From positions 1 through 25,189 of the forward strand of contig JAGWVP010000001.1 in the NCBI GenBank assembly GCA_018970825.1: 25,189 bases of DNA. Reading direction: 5' to 3'. The DNA comes from a bacterium. GTDB taxonomy: Bacteria; Desulfobacterota; Binatia; UBA12015. Under the pieces are notes generated by a model. That model worked only from the letters and a program-made list of their open reading frames with translations. It was not told the DNA's origin and made no database searches. Both the position numbers and the translations under genes were made by a program. Below, in pieces: positions 7,924 to 16,408 of the stretch (within the stretch, counting starts at the first letter, position 1; each line of letters begins with the position of its first letter).

Positions 7924-8924
7924 GCGCGGGTTCGACGGCGAACGCTCGTTCCCCGGGCCCCGTCGCGCGGTTCCTTCGCGCGGCCCTGCCCTGGCTGCTC
8001 ACGGCCGCGATCGCCGCGTTCCTGTTTCGCAGGTGGGATCTCCGACGCGTCGTCGAGACGCTCGCGCAGGCACGCTGGGGGCTCTTCCTCGCCCTCATGG
8101 TGCCGTGGTCGATGACCTACCTCGCGCTCGACACCGCGGCCGTGACCCAGGCCGCCCGCCGCTTTCTCGCCGACGTCCGCTGGGCCGAGATCCTGCCGGC
8201 GCGCGCGGCGACCTACGTGCTCTCGCTCGTGAACGGCAACGTCGCGCAGGGCGGGCTCGCCGTCTGGCTCGCCGGACGTCTCTCGGTGCCGGTGCTCGCG
8301 GCCGCGGGCGCGTTCCTCTTCCTCGCCTTCGTCGAGATCTCGCAGCTCGTCCTCTACTCGACGGTCGGGGTCGCGCTCACCGGCACGCGCGTGCCCGGGC
8401 TCGCGCGCTTCCAGGCGGTCGCGCTGGCGGTGCTGGTCGCATGGCTCGCGTGGGCGGCCCGACGTCCGGCTCGGGATTCGCGCGGCGACGCGGGGCTGCT
8501 GTCCGCCTTCTCCCGGGCACGGGTTCCCGACTACCTCGCGATCCTCGGCATCAAGAGCCTGTCGCTCGGCCTCGCGATCCTCGTCCACTGGCAGGCCCTC
8601 CGACTCTTCGGCATCGAGGTGCCGCTGCTCGCCCTGCTCGCGAACCTGCCGCTCGTCTTCCTCGCCTCGGCGGTGCCGCTGTCCGCGGGCAAGCTGCACG
8701 CGAGCGTGGCGTGGGCGCTGCTGTTCGGCGCCTGGGCGCCGGAGGAGAAGCTCGGCGCGTACAGCCTCGCCTCGCACCTGACCTTCCTCGTCCTGAACGC
8801 GCTGCTCGGCCTCGCGTTCGTCCCCCGCGTGGGCCGCGAGATCTGGGACCAGGCCGAGCGCTACGCGCGGTCGCGCGGCGGGCGTCCGACCGACGACGCC
8901 GGGGGCGAAGCCGCCGGGTCCTGA
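7920..8924 (+). CDS. UPF0104 / LPG-synthase TM-region membrane protein (second, divergent)
   Basis: ATGA overlap with the previous gene. LPWLLTAAIAAFLFRRWDLRRVVETLAQARW start, ARAATYVLSLVNGNVAQGG, PLVFLASAVPLS; all multi-TM. Confidence 0.7.
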   Translation: MSAGSTANARSPGPVARFLRAALPWLLTAAIAAFLFRRWDLRRVVETLAQARWGLFLALMVPWSMTYLALDTAAVTQAARRFLADVRWAEILPARAATYVLSLVNGNVAQGGLAVWLAGRLSVPVLAAAGAFLFLAFVEISQLVLYSTVGVALTGTRVPGLARFQAVALAVLVAWLAWAARRPARDSRGDAGLLSAFSRARVPDYLAILGIKSLSLGLAILVHWQALRLFGIEVPLLALLANLPLVFLASAVPLSAGKLHASVAWALLFGAWAPEEKLGAYSLASHLTFLVLNALLGLAFVPRVGREIWDQAERYARSRGGRPTDDAGGEAAGS

Positions 8925-9490
8925 CCCGCCCGGGTTCGCCGCGCCCGGGCCGCGCGCGCGAGCAGCGGCGCGACGTTCGCGATCGCCACCGCGACGCTCG
9001 CCCAGCGGACCGCGGCCGCGGCGCGGGGGACGAGAGGGAGAGCCGAGGCCGCGATCACCGCTCCGTAGTTGAGCACCCCCGCAGCGTGGCCGAGAACGTC
9101 GGCGACGGCGCGGGGCGCGGGCGGCGCGGCGGGGGAGGGCGGCCGCGACGCTCCTGCGCGTCTCGACCACGCGAAGGCGGCGAGAGCGACCGCCGCGGCG
9201 ACGGGCAGCGCGGGCACGACGGCCCCGGACCGGGCGAGCGCCGCGAGGGCGCACAGGACGAAAGCCGCGTCCCCCGCGACGTCGAGCGCGGCTCCTGCCG
9301 CCGACGTCGAACCGGTTCTCCTCGCGAGCCGCCCGTCGACGAAGTCGGTCGCCGCCGCGACCACGGCGATCGCGAGCGGCGCGAGCGAAGCCGGCGCCTC
9401 GCCTGCACCCGCCGGCATCGAGGCGACGAAGAGCGGGGCCAGGACGAGCCGGCTCGCGGAGAGGAGCATCGGAAGCGGGGCGTCGAGCAC
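8861..9490 (-). CDS. CDP-alcohol phosphatidyltransferase (PgsA-like family)
   Basis: Signature D-x2-D-G-x2-A-R-x8-G-x3-D-x3-D present as TDFVDGRLARRTGSTSAAGAALDVAGD; N-terminal LPMLLSASRL. GTG start 9490 with AGGGG 5 nt upstream. Confidence 0.85.
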   Translation of the reverse strand: MLDAPLPMLLSASRLVLAPLFVASMPAGAGEAPASLAPLAIAVVAAATDFVDGRLARRTGSTSAAGAALDVAGDAAFVLCALAALARSGAVVPALPVAAAVALAAFAWSRRAGASRPPSPAAPPAPRAVADVLGHAAGVLNYGAVIAASALPLVPRAAAAVRWASVAVAIANVAPLLARAARARRTRAGQDPAASPPASSVGRPPRDRA

Positions 9491-9559
9491 GATTGCCCCT
9501 CTCGATGCGACGCGGCGGCGGCGGGTGCAAACCCGGGGCCGGTGTTCTACACCCGCGGC

Positions 9560-10858
9560 ATGGCCTTCAAGTTCTGCCCCGAGTGCGGTGCCGAGCTCGA
9601 TCCCGCGGGGCGTTTCTGCGGCGGCTGCGGAGCGGCCGTCGCCGGGGGACGGGCGACCGGCTCCTCGCCCGCTCCGCTCGCCGGTCTCGTCTCGCTCGCG
9701 ACGCTGCTCGCGCTCGGAGGCGGATTCTGGCTCTGGACGCGCTTCGTGCCGCAGGCCCCTCGTCCGCTCAAGCCGGGAGAAGGCCGGGCGCCGGCCGCGG
9801 CGGCGGCCCCCGCGCCGCCGGCCGCGCAGGCGGGTGCGGCCGGAGCCGCGGGAGCGAGTCCCGGGCAGAAGGTCGACCTGCCCGACGACATCAAGCAGTA
9901 CATCGCCGGCCTCGCGAAGGACGCCGATGCGAAGCCGAAGGACCTCGCGGCCTGGCAGACCCTCGCGCGCGTCTACTACCGGGCTTCCCGCATCGATCCC
10001 GCCTACGCGGACAAGGCCACCGCGGCCTACGAGCACGTGCTGCAGATCGACCCGAAGGACCTCGACGGCCTGCGCGGGATGGCGAACGTCGCCTACGACC
10101 ACCAGGACCGTGCGAAGGCGATCGACTTCTACGGTCGCTACCTGGCGATCAAGCCCGACGATTCCGAGGTTCGCACCGACCTCGGCACGATGTTCTTCGA
10201 GAGCGGCGACAAGGGCCGCGCCATGCTCGAGTACCAGCGGGTGGTCGAGAAGAACCCGAAGTTCTTCCAGGCCTACTTCAACATGGCGGTCCTCGAGGAC
10301 TCCCAGGGCAACCGGGACGCGGCCCGCAAGAACCTCGAGAAGGCGCGCGACCTCGCGACCGAGGATCCGGTGAAGCAGCGCATCTCGGGACTGCTCGCCG
10401 CGACCGAGGGCGGCAAGTCGTTCGCCGAGGCTGCGGACCAGTTGCAGCAGCAGGCGGCCGCGGCGCCGCCGCCCGCACCTCCGGGCGCGGCCGGCAGCCC
10501 TCCCGGCGGCCCTCCCGGCGGCCTGCCGGGACCGAACGCGGCTGCGGCCGGTGCCGCCGCGCAGGCCGCCTCGGCCGCCGCGACCACCTACAAGGGCGCG
10601 GTCGAGGCGCTGTTCCGCGGACACGCGATCGCAGGGCCGAAGGTCGTCGCGGTCGAGTGGCCGGCCGAGGATCGCGTCCGGATCTCGCTGAACGGATTCC
10701 CGATGGCCCAGATGCCCGAGGGGATGCGCAACGGGTTCCTCGACAAGATGAAGCGCGGGGCGGCCGATGCACGTGCCCGTTTCGCGGGCTCGCCCGCGAC
10801 GACGATCGAGCTCGTCGACCAGTCCTCGGGCGACGTGATGGCGACGATCGCACCCTGA
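9560..10858 (+). CDS. Double zinc-ribbon + single TM + TPR repeat protein with uncharacterised C-terminal domain (CcmI periplasmic-half-like)
   Basis: FCPECG..FCGGCG at the N-terminus, TM LAGLVSLATLLALGGGFWLW, four or five TPR-like units (KDLAAWQTLARVYY; DLDGLRGMANVAY; DSEVRTDLGTMFF; FFQAYFNMAVL), Pro/Gly/Ala linker, ~90-aa C-terminal domain. Confidence 0.8.
   Translation: MAFKFCPECGAELDPAGRFCGGCGAAVAGGRATGSSPAPLAGLVSLATLLALGGGFWLWTRFVPQAPRPLKPGEGRAPAAAAAPAPPAAQAGAAGAAGASPGQKVDLPDDIKQYIAGLAKDADAKPKDLAAWQTLARVYYRASRIDPAYADKATAAYEHVLQIDPKDLDGLRGMANVAYDHQDRAKAIDFYGRYLAIKPDDSEVRTDLGTMFFESGDKGRAMLEYQRVVEKNPKFFQAYFNMAVLEDSQGNRDAARKNLEKARDLATEDPVKQRISGLLAATEGGKSFAEAADQLQQQAAAAPPPAPPGAAGSPPGGPPGGLPGPNAAAAGAAAQAASAAATTYKGAVEALFRGHAIAGPKVVAVEWPAEDRVRISLNGFPMAQMPEGMRNGFLDKMKRGAADARARFAGSPATTIELVDQSSGDVMATIAP
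10498..10521 (+). repeat. 12-nt tandem repeat (CCCTCCCGGCGG)x2 encoding PPGG-PPGG linker
   Basis: Read directly; followed by a degenerate third unit. Confidence 0.6.
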
Positions 10859-11003
10859 GCCGCGCCCGACCCGGTGGAGGAGGTCGGCGCGACGGCCGGG
10901 TGAAGGCCCGGCGGCTCGCTCCCGACCGCCCCGGTCCGGAGGACGCGGGAGTGCCGACGACGCTCGCTTGATCGCCGACGCCGGGAGGACGACAAGAAGG
11001 GCC

Positions 11004-13403
11004 GTGGCTCCGCCTCCGACGATCGCATCCAACGTCCTGCCGGCGGCGCTCGCGTTGCCGTTCGCGGCGGCGGCGCTGGTGGCGCTCCTCGGCCGGCGAC
11101 TCGGGCGCTCGGCAGGGTGGATCGTCGCGGCGGCCGCCGCGGGAAGTTCTCTCCTCCTGCTCGGCCTGCCCGGCCACGACGCCGTCTCCTCGTTCCGCGT
11201 ACCCTGGCTGCCCGAGATCGGCGTCGAGTTCGCGCTGCGTGCCGACCCGTTCGGGCGCTTCTTCGCGCTGCTCGTCTCGGGTGTCGGCTTCTTCGTCGCG
11301 CTCTACGCGATTTCCTACATGGCCGACGACGACGAGCGGCGCATGCCGCGCTTCTGGGGCGCGCTCGCGGCCTTCATGGGGGCGATGCTCGGCATCGCGC
11401 TCTCGGACGACATGCTGCTGCTCTTCCTGTTCTGGGAGATCACGAGCCTCTCGTCCTTCCTCCTGATCGGGCACCACGACGACGAGCCTGCGGCCCGCGC
11501 GGGCGCGCTCCTCGCGCTGCAGGTGACCGCGCTCGGCGGCCTCGTCCTCGCGCTCGGGGTTCTCCTGGTCGCGCAGGTGACCGGGACCTTCTCGATGAGC
11601 GCCATCGGCGGCGACCCGGCCCGGGTCCGGGCGCTGCTCGACTCGCCGCTCGCGCCGGTCGCGCTCGGTTGCATCCTCGTCGGGGTGTTCACCAAGTCGG
11701 CCCAGTTCCCGTTCCACTTCTGGCTGCCGCGCGCGATGGTCGCGCCGACCCCGGTGTCGGCCTACCTGCACGCGGCGACGATGGTGAAGGCGGGCCCCTT
11801 CCTGCTCGGGCGCATGCTTCCGGTGTTCGGGAGCCTGCCGATGTGGACGCCCGTGCTCGCGTCGGTCGGGCTCGTGACGATGCTGCTCGGCGCCTGGAAG
11901 GCGTTCCGCGAGACCGACCTGAAGGCGATCCTCGCGCGCACGACCGGCTCCACGCTCGGCCTCCTCACGCTGCTCTACGGCTTCGGCGCGGCCGAGCAGG
12001 ACGCGCTCCAGATGCTGAACCACGCCCTCTACAAGGGCGCGCTCTTCCTGGTCGCCGGGATCGTCGACCACCACGCCCACACGCGCGACCTGCGTCGCCT
12101 GGGCGGGCTTCGACGCGAGCTGCCGCTGCCTTTCCTCGCCGCCGTGCTGGCGGGCCTGTCGATGGCCGGCGTGCCTCCGCTGCTCGGCTTCCTCGTGAAG
12201 GAGTCGTTCTACGAGGAGCTGCTCCACAACGAGGCGGTCTCCGGTTTCGCGGGCGGTCGCGCGCTGGTCGTGTTCGCGTGCGTGCTCGCGAACGTCTTCG
12301 TCGCCGCGGTGGCGGCGAAGTTCGTCCTCGGGACCTTCCTCGGCGAGCGGCGCGACGCCGCCCACCAGGCGCCCGGGCAAGCGGCCCGGGAGGGCCACGA
12401 CGACCACCGGCCGTCCGGACCGCCCCTGTGGATCTCGCCGCTCGCGCTCGCGACGGGCGCACTCGCCCTGGGCCTGCTCGGCGCGACCGACTTCACCTCG
12501 CACCTGGCCGGGGCGATCGCCTCGCGACGGGCAAACCCCTTCCACGTCTCGCTCGTTCCTTCCCCCGGGCTCCCGCTCTGGCTGTCGATGGCCGGCATGG
12601 CGGCCGCGGTCGCGCTCTACCTCGCCCGCGGCCGGGTCGAGCGGATCCCCGACCTGGCCGAGTCGCACCACCGGCCGGACCGGCTGTGGGAGCGCATGGT
12701 CGCGAGCCTCGCCGTACTCGGGGAGGACGTCTCGATGCGGTGGCAGAACGGCTCGTTGCGGCGCTACCTCGCGGCGACGCTGCTCTCGGTTCCCGTGCTC
12801 GCGGGCTGGGCGCTCTTCCGGGCCGGCTTGTCGCACCGCGACGTGGTCGTGAGCCTCTCGGAGCTGCCCTGGTTCGGGCTCTTCCTGTGCGTGCTGCTCG
12901 GGATCGCGACGATGATCGCGGTCACCGCGACGACCCGCCTCCAGGCCTCGATCGCGACGACCACGATCGGCTTCCTCGTCTCGATGTTGTTCGTCGTCTA
13001 CCGCTCGCCCGACATCCTGCTGACCCAGATCCTGATCGAGACCGTTTCCACGATCTTCGTTCTCCTCGTCCTGCTGTTCATGCCCGCCTTCCCCAGGCGC
13101 GACATGAGCGGGCCCGCGCACCTCGGGGCGATCGCGGTCGCGACCGTGTTCAGCCTCGTCCTGACGCTCCTGCTGCTGCTGTCGATGACGCCCGGGCTCC
13201 GGGAGGAGGCGAACATCGCCGTCCGCCCGGGCGGACTCCTCTCGCTCGCGCTCGAGAAGGGCGGGGGCGCCAACGCCGTGAACGTCATCATCGTCGACAT
13301 CCGCTCGCTCGACACGAACGGGGAGATCACCGTGCTGGTCGCGGTGGGGCTGTGCGTCTACGCCCTGCTTCGCGCGAGGCGCGCGAGGGGAGCCGGGGCA
13401 TGA
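11004..13403 (+). CDS. mrpA: Multisubunit Na+(K+)/H+ antiporter subunit A
   Basis: FWEITSLSSFLLIG, FTKSAQFPFHFWLP.AM.APTPVSAYLHAATMVKAG, GVPPLLGFLVKE, SPDILLTQILIETV, NVIIVDIRSLDT. Start uncertain: GTG 11004 (AAGAAGG upstream) or TTG 10968. Confidence 0.93.
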   Translation: MAPPPTIASNVLPAALALPFAAAALVALLGRRLGRSAGWIVAAAAAGSSLLLLGLPGHDAVSSFRVPWLPEIGVEFALRADPFGRFFALLVSGVGFFVALYAISYMADDDERRMPRFWGALAAFMGAMLGIALSDDMLLLFLFWEITSLSSFLLIGHHDDEPAARAGALLALQVTALGGLVLALGVLLVAQVTGTFSMSAIGGDPARVRALLDSPLAPVALGCILVGVFTKSAQFPFHFWLPRAMVAPTPVSAYLHAATMVKAGPFLLGRMLPVFGSLPMWTPVLASVGLVTMLLGAWKAFRETDLKAILARTTGSTLGLLTLLYGFGAAEQDALQMLNHALYKGALFLVAGIVDHHAHTRDLRRLGGLRRELPLPFLAAVLAGLSMAGVPPLLGFLVKESFYEELLHNEAVSGFAGGRALVVFACVLANVFVAAVAAKFVLGTFLGERRDAAHQAPGQAAREGHDDHRPSGPPLWISPLALATGALALGLLGATDFTSHLAGAIASRRANPFHVSLVPSPGLPLWLSMAGMAAAVALYLARGRVERIPDLAESHHRPDRLWERMVASLAVLGEDVSMRWQNGSLRRYLAATLLSVPVLAGWALFRAGLSHRDVVVSLSELPWFGLFLCVLLGIATMIAVTATTRLQASIATTTIGFLVSMLFVVYRSPDILLTQILIETVSTIFVLLVLLFMPAFPRRDMSGPAHLGAIAVATVFSLVLTLLLLLSMTPGLREEANIAVRPGGLLSLALEKGGGANAVNVIIVDIRSLDTNGEITVLVAVGLCVYALLRARRARGAGA

Positions 13404-13801
13404 ACGCCGAGTCGCCGATCCTGCGCACCGTCGCCCGCTACGCGATCCCGCTCACGATGCTGGTGGCGCTGCGGATCTTCTTCCAGGGCCACGACCTGCC
13501 CGGCGGAGGATTCATCGCGGGCGTGCTGCTCGCGGCCGCGGGTGCGATCCACCTGCTCGCGAGCGGCGTCGGCGGGGCCGCCCGCGTCCGCTGGTGGCGC
13601 GTCGCCGTCCTCGGGCTCCTCGTGTCGGTCTCGAACGGGATCTGGCCGATGCTGCTCGGCCACCCGTACATGGACAACGAGTTCCTGCACCTGGGGCCCA
13701 TCCACCTGCCCACGGCGACCTTCTTCGACCTCGGGGTGATGCTGATCGTGGTCGGGACCCTGATGACGATCTTCGTCGAGCTGAGCCTGGAGAAGCGCTG
13801 A
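13400..13801 (+). CDS. mrpB: Mrp antiporter subunit B
   Basis: ATGA overlap with mrpA; GHDLPGGGFIAG and FFDLGVMLIVVG motifs. Confidence 0.92.
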   Translation: MNAESPILRTVARYAIPLTMLVALRIFFQGHDLPGGGFIAGVLLAAAGAIHLLASGVGGAARVRWWRVAVLGLLVSVSNGIWPMLLGHPYMDNEFLHLGPIHLPTATFFDLGVMLIVVGTLMTIFVELSLEKR

Positions 13802-13802
13802 G

Positions 13803-14201
13803 ATGGAACTCCCGCTCGCGATCGCGATCGCGCTGCTCTTCGCGGGCGGTGCCTACTCGATCCTGCGCCCCAATTTCTTCCGCATCGTCGTGGGCTTCGG
13901 CCTGCTGTCGAACGCGGTGAACCTGCTCATGATCCTCTGCGGCGGCTTCCGCAGCCAGACGGCCGCGCCCTTCGTCGCGGACCCGCGACGGGTCGACGGG
14001 CTCATGGACCCGATCCCTCCCGACATCATCTTGACGGCGATCGTAATCAGCTTCGCGGTGGGCGCCCTGTTCCTCACCCTCTGTTACGTGGTCTACCGCG
14101 AGTACGGCACCGACGACCCCGAGGCGCTCCCGGTGCGCGAGCCCGAGGACTGGGCGGGCGGCCCCGCCCGCGGCGCGGGCCTCCCGCGCTACGAGGAGTG
14201 A
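13803..14201 (+). CDS. mrpC: Mrp antiporter subunit C
   Basis: RIVVGFGLLSNAVNLL and DPIPPDIILTAIVISF (variant of DPLPQALILTAIVI); position in the operon. Confidence 0.9.
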   Translation: MELPLAIAIALLFAGGAYSILRPNFFRIVVGFGLLSNAVNLLMILCGGFRSQTAAPFVADPRRVDGLMDPIPPDIILTAIVISFAVGALFLTLCYVVYREYGTDDPEALPVREPEDWAGGPARGAGLPRYEE

Positions 14202-14205
14202 GGCC

Positions 14206-15774
14206 GTGAACGCCGTCGTCCTCGTCATCCTCGTCCCCTTCCTCACCGCGATCGGCACGGCCCTGCTCCACGACCGGCCGAGGGCCGAGTCGGCGTTGAA
14301 CGCCGTTTCCTGCCTCGGGCTCGCCGCCTTCGTCTTCTGGCTGCTCGCGAAGGTCGACGCGGACGGGCCCCAGGTGTCGATGATGGGCGGGTACGCCGCG
14401 CCCTACGGGATCGCCTTCGTCGCCGACCGGCTCTCCTGCATCATGCTGTGCCTGTCGATGCTGGTCGCGAGCGTGGTCGCGCTCTACGTGCCGTGGACGG
14501 TCACGCCTCTCCAGCAGTCGCACTTCTTCTACCCGCTCTTCCAGGTCCTGCTTCTCGGCGTGAACTGGTCGTTCATCACCGGCGACCTCTTCAACCTCTT
14601 CGTGTCCTACGAGGTCATGCTCATCGGCTCCTACGGGGTCATGATGTGCGGGTCGTCGCGACAGCAGGTGAGGCAGACCCTCACCTACGTCGCGATCAAC
14701 CTGCTCGGCGGGTCGCTCTTCGTCGTCGGGCTCGGCCTCGTGTACTCGATCGTCGGCACGCTCAACATGGCCGACATCGCGGTCGTGACGAGCCGGCTCG
14801 CGGGTCCGCGCGCCGGGATGCTCACGGCCGCGTCGATGGTCCTGCTCGCGGTGTTCGCACTCAAGGCGGCCGCGTTCCCGCTCTTCTTCTGGCTGCCGGA
14901 TTCGTACCCGATCGTCCCGCTCGGGGTGAACGGGTTCTTCGCGGGCCTTCTCACCAAGGTCGGAATCTACTCGCTCCTGCGGGTCTTCGTGATGACGTTC
15001 CGGCAGCCGGGCAACGAGCTCGCGCTCCAGGCCCTCCTCGTCGCGTCCGCCTTCACGATGGTCGTGGGCGTGCTCGGCGCGCTCTGCCAGTGGGAAGTCC
15101 GACGCGTCCTCTCGTGGCACATCATCAGCCAGGTCGGGTACATGGTCATGGGGATCGGCCTCGCGGCCGACGCGGGCATCGCGACCGCCGCGGTCGCGGC
15201 GACGATCTTCTACGTGGTCCACCACATCGTGGTGAAGGCGAGCCTCTTCCTGGTCGGCGGCATCGCCGAGGAGATCTCCGGCTCGGGGCGGCTGAAGGAG
15301 ATGGGCGGCATCGCGCTCGCGGCACCGGGCGCGGCGGCGCTTTTCTTCGTCTCGGCGCTCTCGCTCGCGGGCATGCCCCCCTTCTCGGGCTTCCTCGCGA
15401 AGCTCGTGCTCGTGCGCACGGCCCTGCGCGGGGCGCATTTCTGGGTCGTGGCGGCCGCGGTCGCGACGAGCTTCCTCACGCTGCTCTCGATGATGAAGAT
15501 CTGGAGCTACGCCTTCTGGGGCGACTGGCACGACGCTCCGCCGCGGCCGCTCTGGCGCCGCATGGCGGCGCCGGTCTCGGTGCTGGTCGCGACGACCGTC
15601 CTGCTCGGGCTCTGGGCGCAGCCCTTCCTGCGGATCGCCTCCGACGCCGCGCGCGGGATCGTCGATCCCGTCGACTACGTGCATGCCGTGCTGGGCCCGG
15701 AGGCGAGCGTCGAGGCCCGGTCCGGAGTCGGAGCGATCGCCTCGGCGCACCTCGCCGCGGAGGGACGGCCATGA
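14206..15774 (+). CDS. mrpD: Mrp antiporter subunit D
   Basis: GTG start after GAGGAG. TGDLFNLFVSYEVML, LKAAAFPLFFWLPDSY, LLTKVGIY, WHIISQVGY, HHIVVKASLF, GMPPFSGFLAK. Confidence 0.93.
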   Translation: MNAVVLVILVPFLTAIGTALLHDRPRAESALNAVSCLGLAAFVFWLLAKVDADGPQVSMMGGYAAPYGIAFVADRLSCIMLCLSMLVASVVALYVPWTVTPLQQSHFFYPLFQVLLLGVNWSFITGDLFNLFVSYEVMLIGSYGVMMCGSSRQQVRQTLTYVAINLLGGSLFVVGLGLVYSIVGTLNMADIAVVTSRLAGPRAGMLTAASMVLLAVFALKAAAFPLFFWLPDSYPIVPLGVNGFFAGLLTKVGIYSLLRVFVMTFRQPGNELALQALLVASAFTMVVGVLGALCQWEVRRVLSWHIISQVGYMVMGIGLAADAGIATAAVAATIFYVVHHIVVKASLFLVGGIAEEISGSGRLKEMGGIALAAPGAAALFFVSALSLAGMPPFSGFLAKLVLVRTALRGAHFWVVAAAVATSFLTLLSMMKIWSYAFWGDWHDAPPRPLWRRMAAPVSVLVATTVLLGLWAQPFLRIASDAARGIVDPVDYVHAVLGPEASVEARSGVGAIASAHLAAEGRP

Positions 15775-16133
15775 GCCTCCGGGGACTTCCGGCGCTGCTG
15801 CGCTACGTCGTCATCCTCGCGCGCGAGGTCGTGCTCGCGAGCATCAGCGTGACGAAACTCGTGTTCGGCCCGACCGACAGGCTGCGGTCCGGCTTCGTCG
15901 CCTACCCGATGGAGGCGGAGACCGACCTCGAGGTGACGACGCTCGCGAACTCGATCACCCTCACGCCCGGCACGATCACGGTCCACGTCGAGCCGGCCGA
16001 CAATCTCCTCATCATGCACGCGATCGACGTCGGCGACGACCCCGAGGGCGTGCGCGAGTCGACCCGGTCCGCGCTCGAGTCGAACATCCTGCGCTGGACG
16101 CGCGCGGGACGCGGCGGGGAGGGAACGCGATGA
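15771..16133 (+). CDS. mrpE: Mrp antiporter subunit E (short form, 120 aa)
   Basis: LANSITLTPGTITV and IMHAIDV motifs; ATGA overlaps at both ends. Confidence 0.9.
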   Translation: MSLRGLPALLRYVVILAREVVLASISVTKLVFGPTDRLRSGFVAYPMEAETDLEVTTLANSITLTPGTITVHVEPADNLLIMHAIDVGDDPEGVRESTRSALESNILRWTRAGRGGEGTR

Positions 16134-16408
16134 GCCCCTGGTTCGCCTGGGTCACCCAGCTCTGCCTGTTCGGCCTCTTCGTCGCGGCGATCCTGTGCCT
16201 CTACCGGATCCTCGTCGGTCCCGGCGCGGCCGATCGAGCGGTCGCCTTCGACACGCTGTCGGCGATCGTCATCGGGATGATCTGCCTGCTGTGCATCCTC
16301 TGGGAGTCGAGCCTGTATTTCGACGCCGTCTGGATCCTGACGCTGGTCGGCTTCCTCGGCTCCGCCGCGGTCGCCCGCTACCTCGCGCGGGGGAGGTTGT
16401 TCCCGTGA
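16130..16408 (+). CDS. mrpF: Mrp antiporter subunit F
   Basis: LYRILVGPGAADRAVAFD, LTLVGFLGSAAVARYL; 92 aa. Confidence 0.9.
   Translation: MSPWFAWVTQLCLFGLFVAAILCLYRILVGPGAADRAVAFDTLSAIVIGMICLLCILWESSLYFDAVWILTLVGFLGSAAVARYLARGRLFP

Noticed and set aside
9491-11032. 723-aa minus ORF suggesting a large fusion to the phosphatidyltransferase
   Set aside because: The upstream part is antisense to the TPR gene; a GTG with a ribosome-binding site at 9490 gives a normal-sized enzyme.
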